Source: an uncultured bacterium
GTDB taxonomy: Bacteria; Verrucomicrobiota; Verrucomicrobiia; Limisphaerales; UBA8199
Direction: 5' to 3'
Assembly (NCBI GenBank): GCA_963749495.1
Contig: CAVVMW010000004.1
Span: 128,001 to 192,000 of the forward strand
DNA length: 64,000 nt
Shown here: piece by piece, positions 63,072 through 64,000 of the stretch
How the letters are laid out: every line of letters starts with the position of its first letter
Position numbering within the stretch: the first letter of the stretch is position 1
The notes under the pieces: model-generated
What the model was told of the DNA's origin: nothing
The model's database searches: none
What the model saw: the letters and a program-made list of their open reading frames with translations, nothing else
Made by a program: the position numbers and the translations under genes

Positions 63072-64000
63072 ATGAGCACGCACGAACAAAAATTCTCCCG
63101 CAGGAACTTCCTCTGGACGGCAGCGGCGTTCACCGCCTCCACCGCCCTGCTTCGCTCCCAGGAAGGCCTAACCTCACCCCCGCAGCCGACGGGCTCGTCG
63201 GACCGCAGATCGGTGGTTTCGGTGGTTAACGGCGCGAGCAGGCGCAAAAGCATCCAGGAGGCGCTGGCGGCCATAGAGGACCAGATTATGCCGGTGCTCA
63301 AGACCAAGAAGCACGTCGTCCTCAAGCCGAATATCGTCAGCACGTCAAACCAGCTTGCCACGACGCATGTGGACGCGCTGCACGGCATCCTGGATTTCCT
63401 TGGTCCCCGTTTCAAGGGACCGGTTGTTATCGCCGAGTCCTCCGCCGGCTATACCACCGAGGGTTACGACCATTTCGGCTACGGTCGCCTTATCCCGGAG
63501 CACAAGCCGCTGGACGTCAGCTTGGTGGACCTGAATGAAGAAGGGAAATACCTGACTCATCGGATCCTGAATGGGGACCTTCACCTGGTGCCCGTCCGGT
63601 TGGCGGCACGGCTCCTGGACCCGGAAGCGTACATCATCTGCTCGGCCATGCTCAAAACCCACAACACGGTAGTGGCTACACTCTCTCTCAAGAACATGGC
63701 CATGGGCACGCCGTTACACAGCCCGCGCAAGCAGAGCATGGGGTGGAATGACAAACGCCTCTATCACGGGGGCGTGCGCCAGACCCACGTGGACATCGCC
63801 CTGACGGCCGAGAGGCTTCAACCGTGCTGGGGCGCGGCGGTATTGGACGGCTGGGAGGGCATGGAAGGCAATGGTCCTGGCAGCGGCACCCTGGTGCCTT
63901 CCCGGATCGCGATCGCCTCCACGGACTTCGTCGCTGCCGATCGCGTGGGCGTCCAGGCCATGGGTATCAACCCGGAGTGGGTCGGATACCTTGGCTTTTG
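63072..64000 (+). CDS. Tat-exported DUF362 domain protein, runs off the right edge
   Basis: SRRNFL, LKPN, KTH....TLSLKN, DG..GMEGNGP and D.VAAD. Confidence 0.88.
   Translation, partial: MSTHEQKFSRRNFLWTAAAFTASTALLRSQEGLTSPPQPTGSSDRRSVVSVVNGASRRKSIQEALAAIEDQIMPVLKTKKHVVLKPNIVSTSNQLATTHVDALHGILDFLGPRFKGPVVIAESSAGYTTEGYDHFGYGRLIPEHKPLDVSLVDLNEEGKYLTHRILNGDLHLVPVRLAARLLDPEAYIICSAMLKTHNTVVATLSLKNMAMGTPLHSPRKQSMGWNDKRLYHGGVRQTHVDIALTAERLQPCWGAAVLDGWEGMEGNGPGSGTLVPSRIAIASTDFVAADRVGVQAMGINPEWVGYLGF

Overview
GC-rich bacterial window, most likely Verrucomicrobiota subdivision 3 (inferred from two prepilin-N/H-X9-DG proteins, an extended ECF sigma factor, LamG/Ig proteins and the intergenic repeat style). 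The backbone includes an AsmA-like gene, a Gld-like ABC operon, degP-like protease, DUF2851, a two-component pair, a RluA-methyltransferase fusion, LPS heptose genes, ruvCA, gmhA, mqnA and a GH2 hydrolase. An accessory island at about 11.8-25.5 kb is punctuated by diverged partial copies of DUF2851 and a 111-bp repeat. It carries two toxin-antitoxin pairs whose PIN toxins are internally deleted, a repeat-flanked two-gene cassette, and a Fic gene with an in-frame 114-bp CTAG-flanked insertion containing a promoter-like sequence. A lower-GC GNAT-TIR fusion with one in-frame stop faces a SET gene at 32.3-34.2 kb. Intergenic DNA holds many palindromic REP/MITE-like families, 7-mer tandem arrays and a decayed Y1/RAYT-like transposase. 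About a dozen genes show single frameshifts, probably sequencing errors. I saw no tRNA, rRNA or CRISPR array. All family calls come from motif recognition by eye, not database searches.
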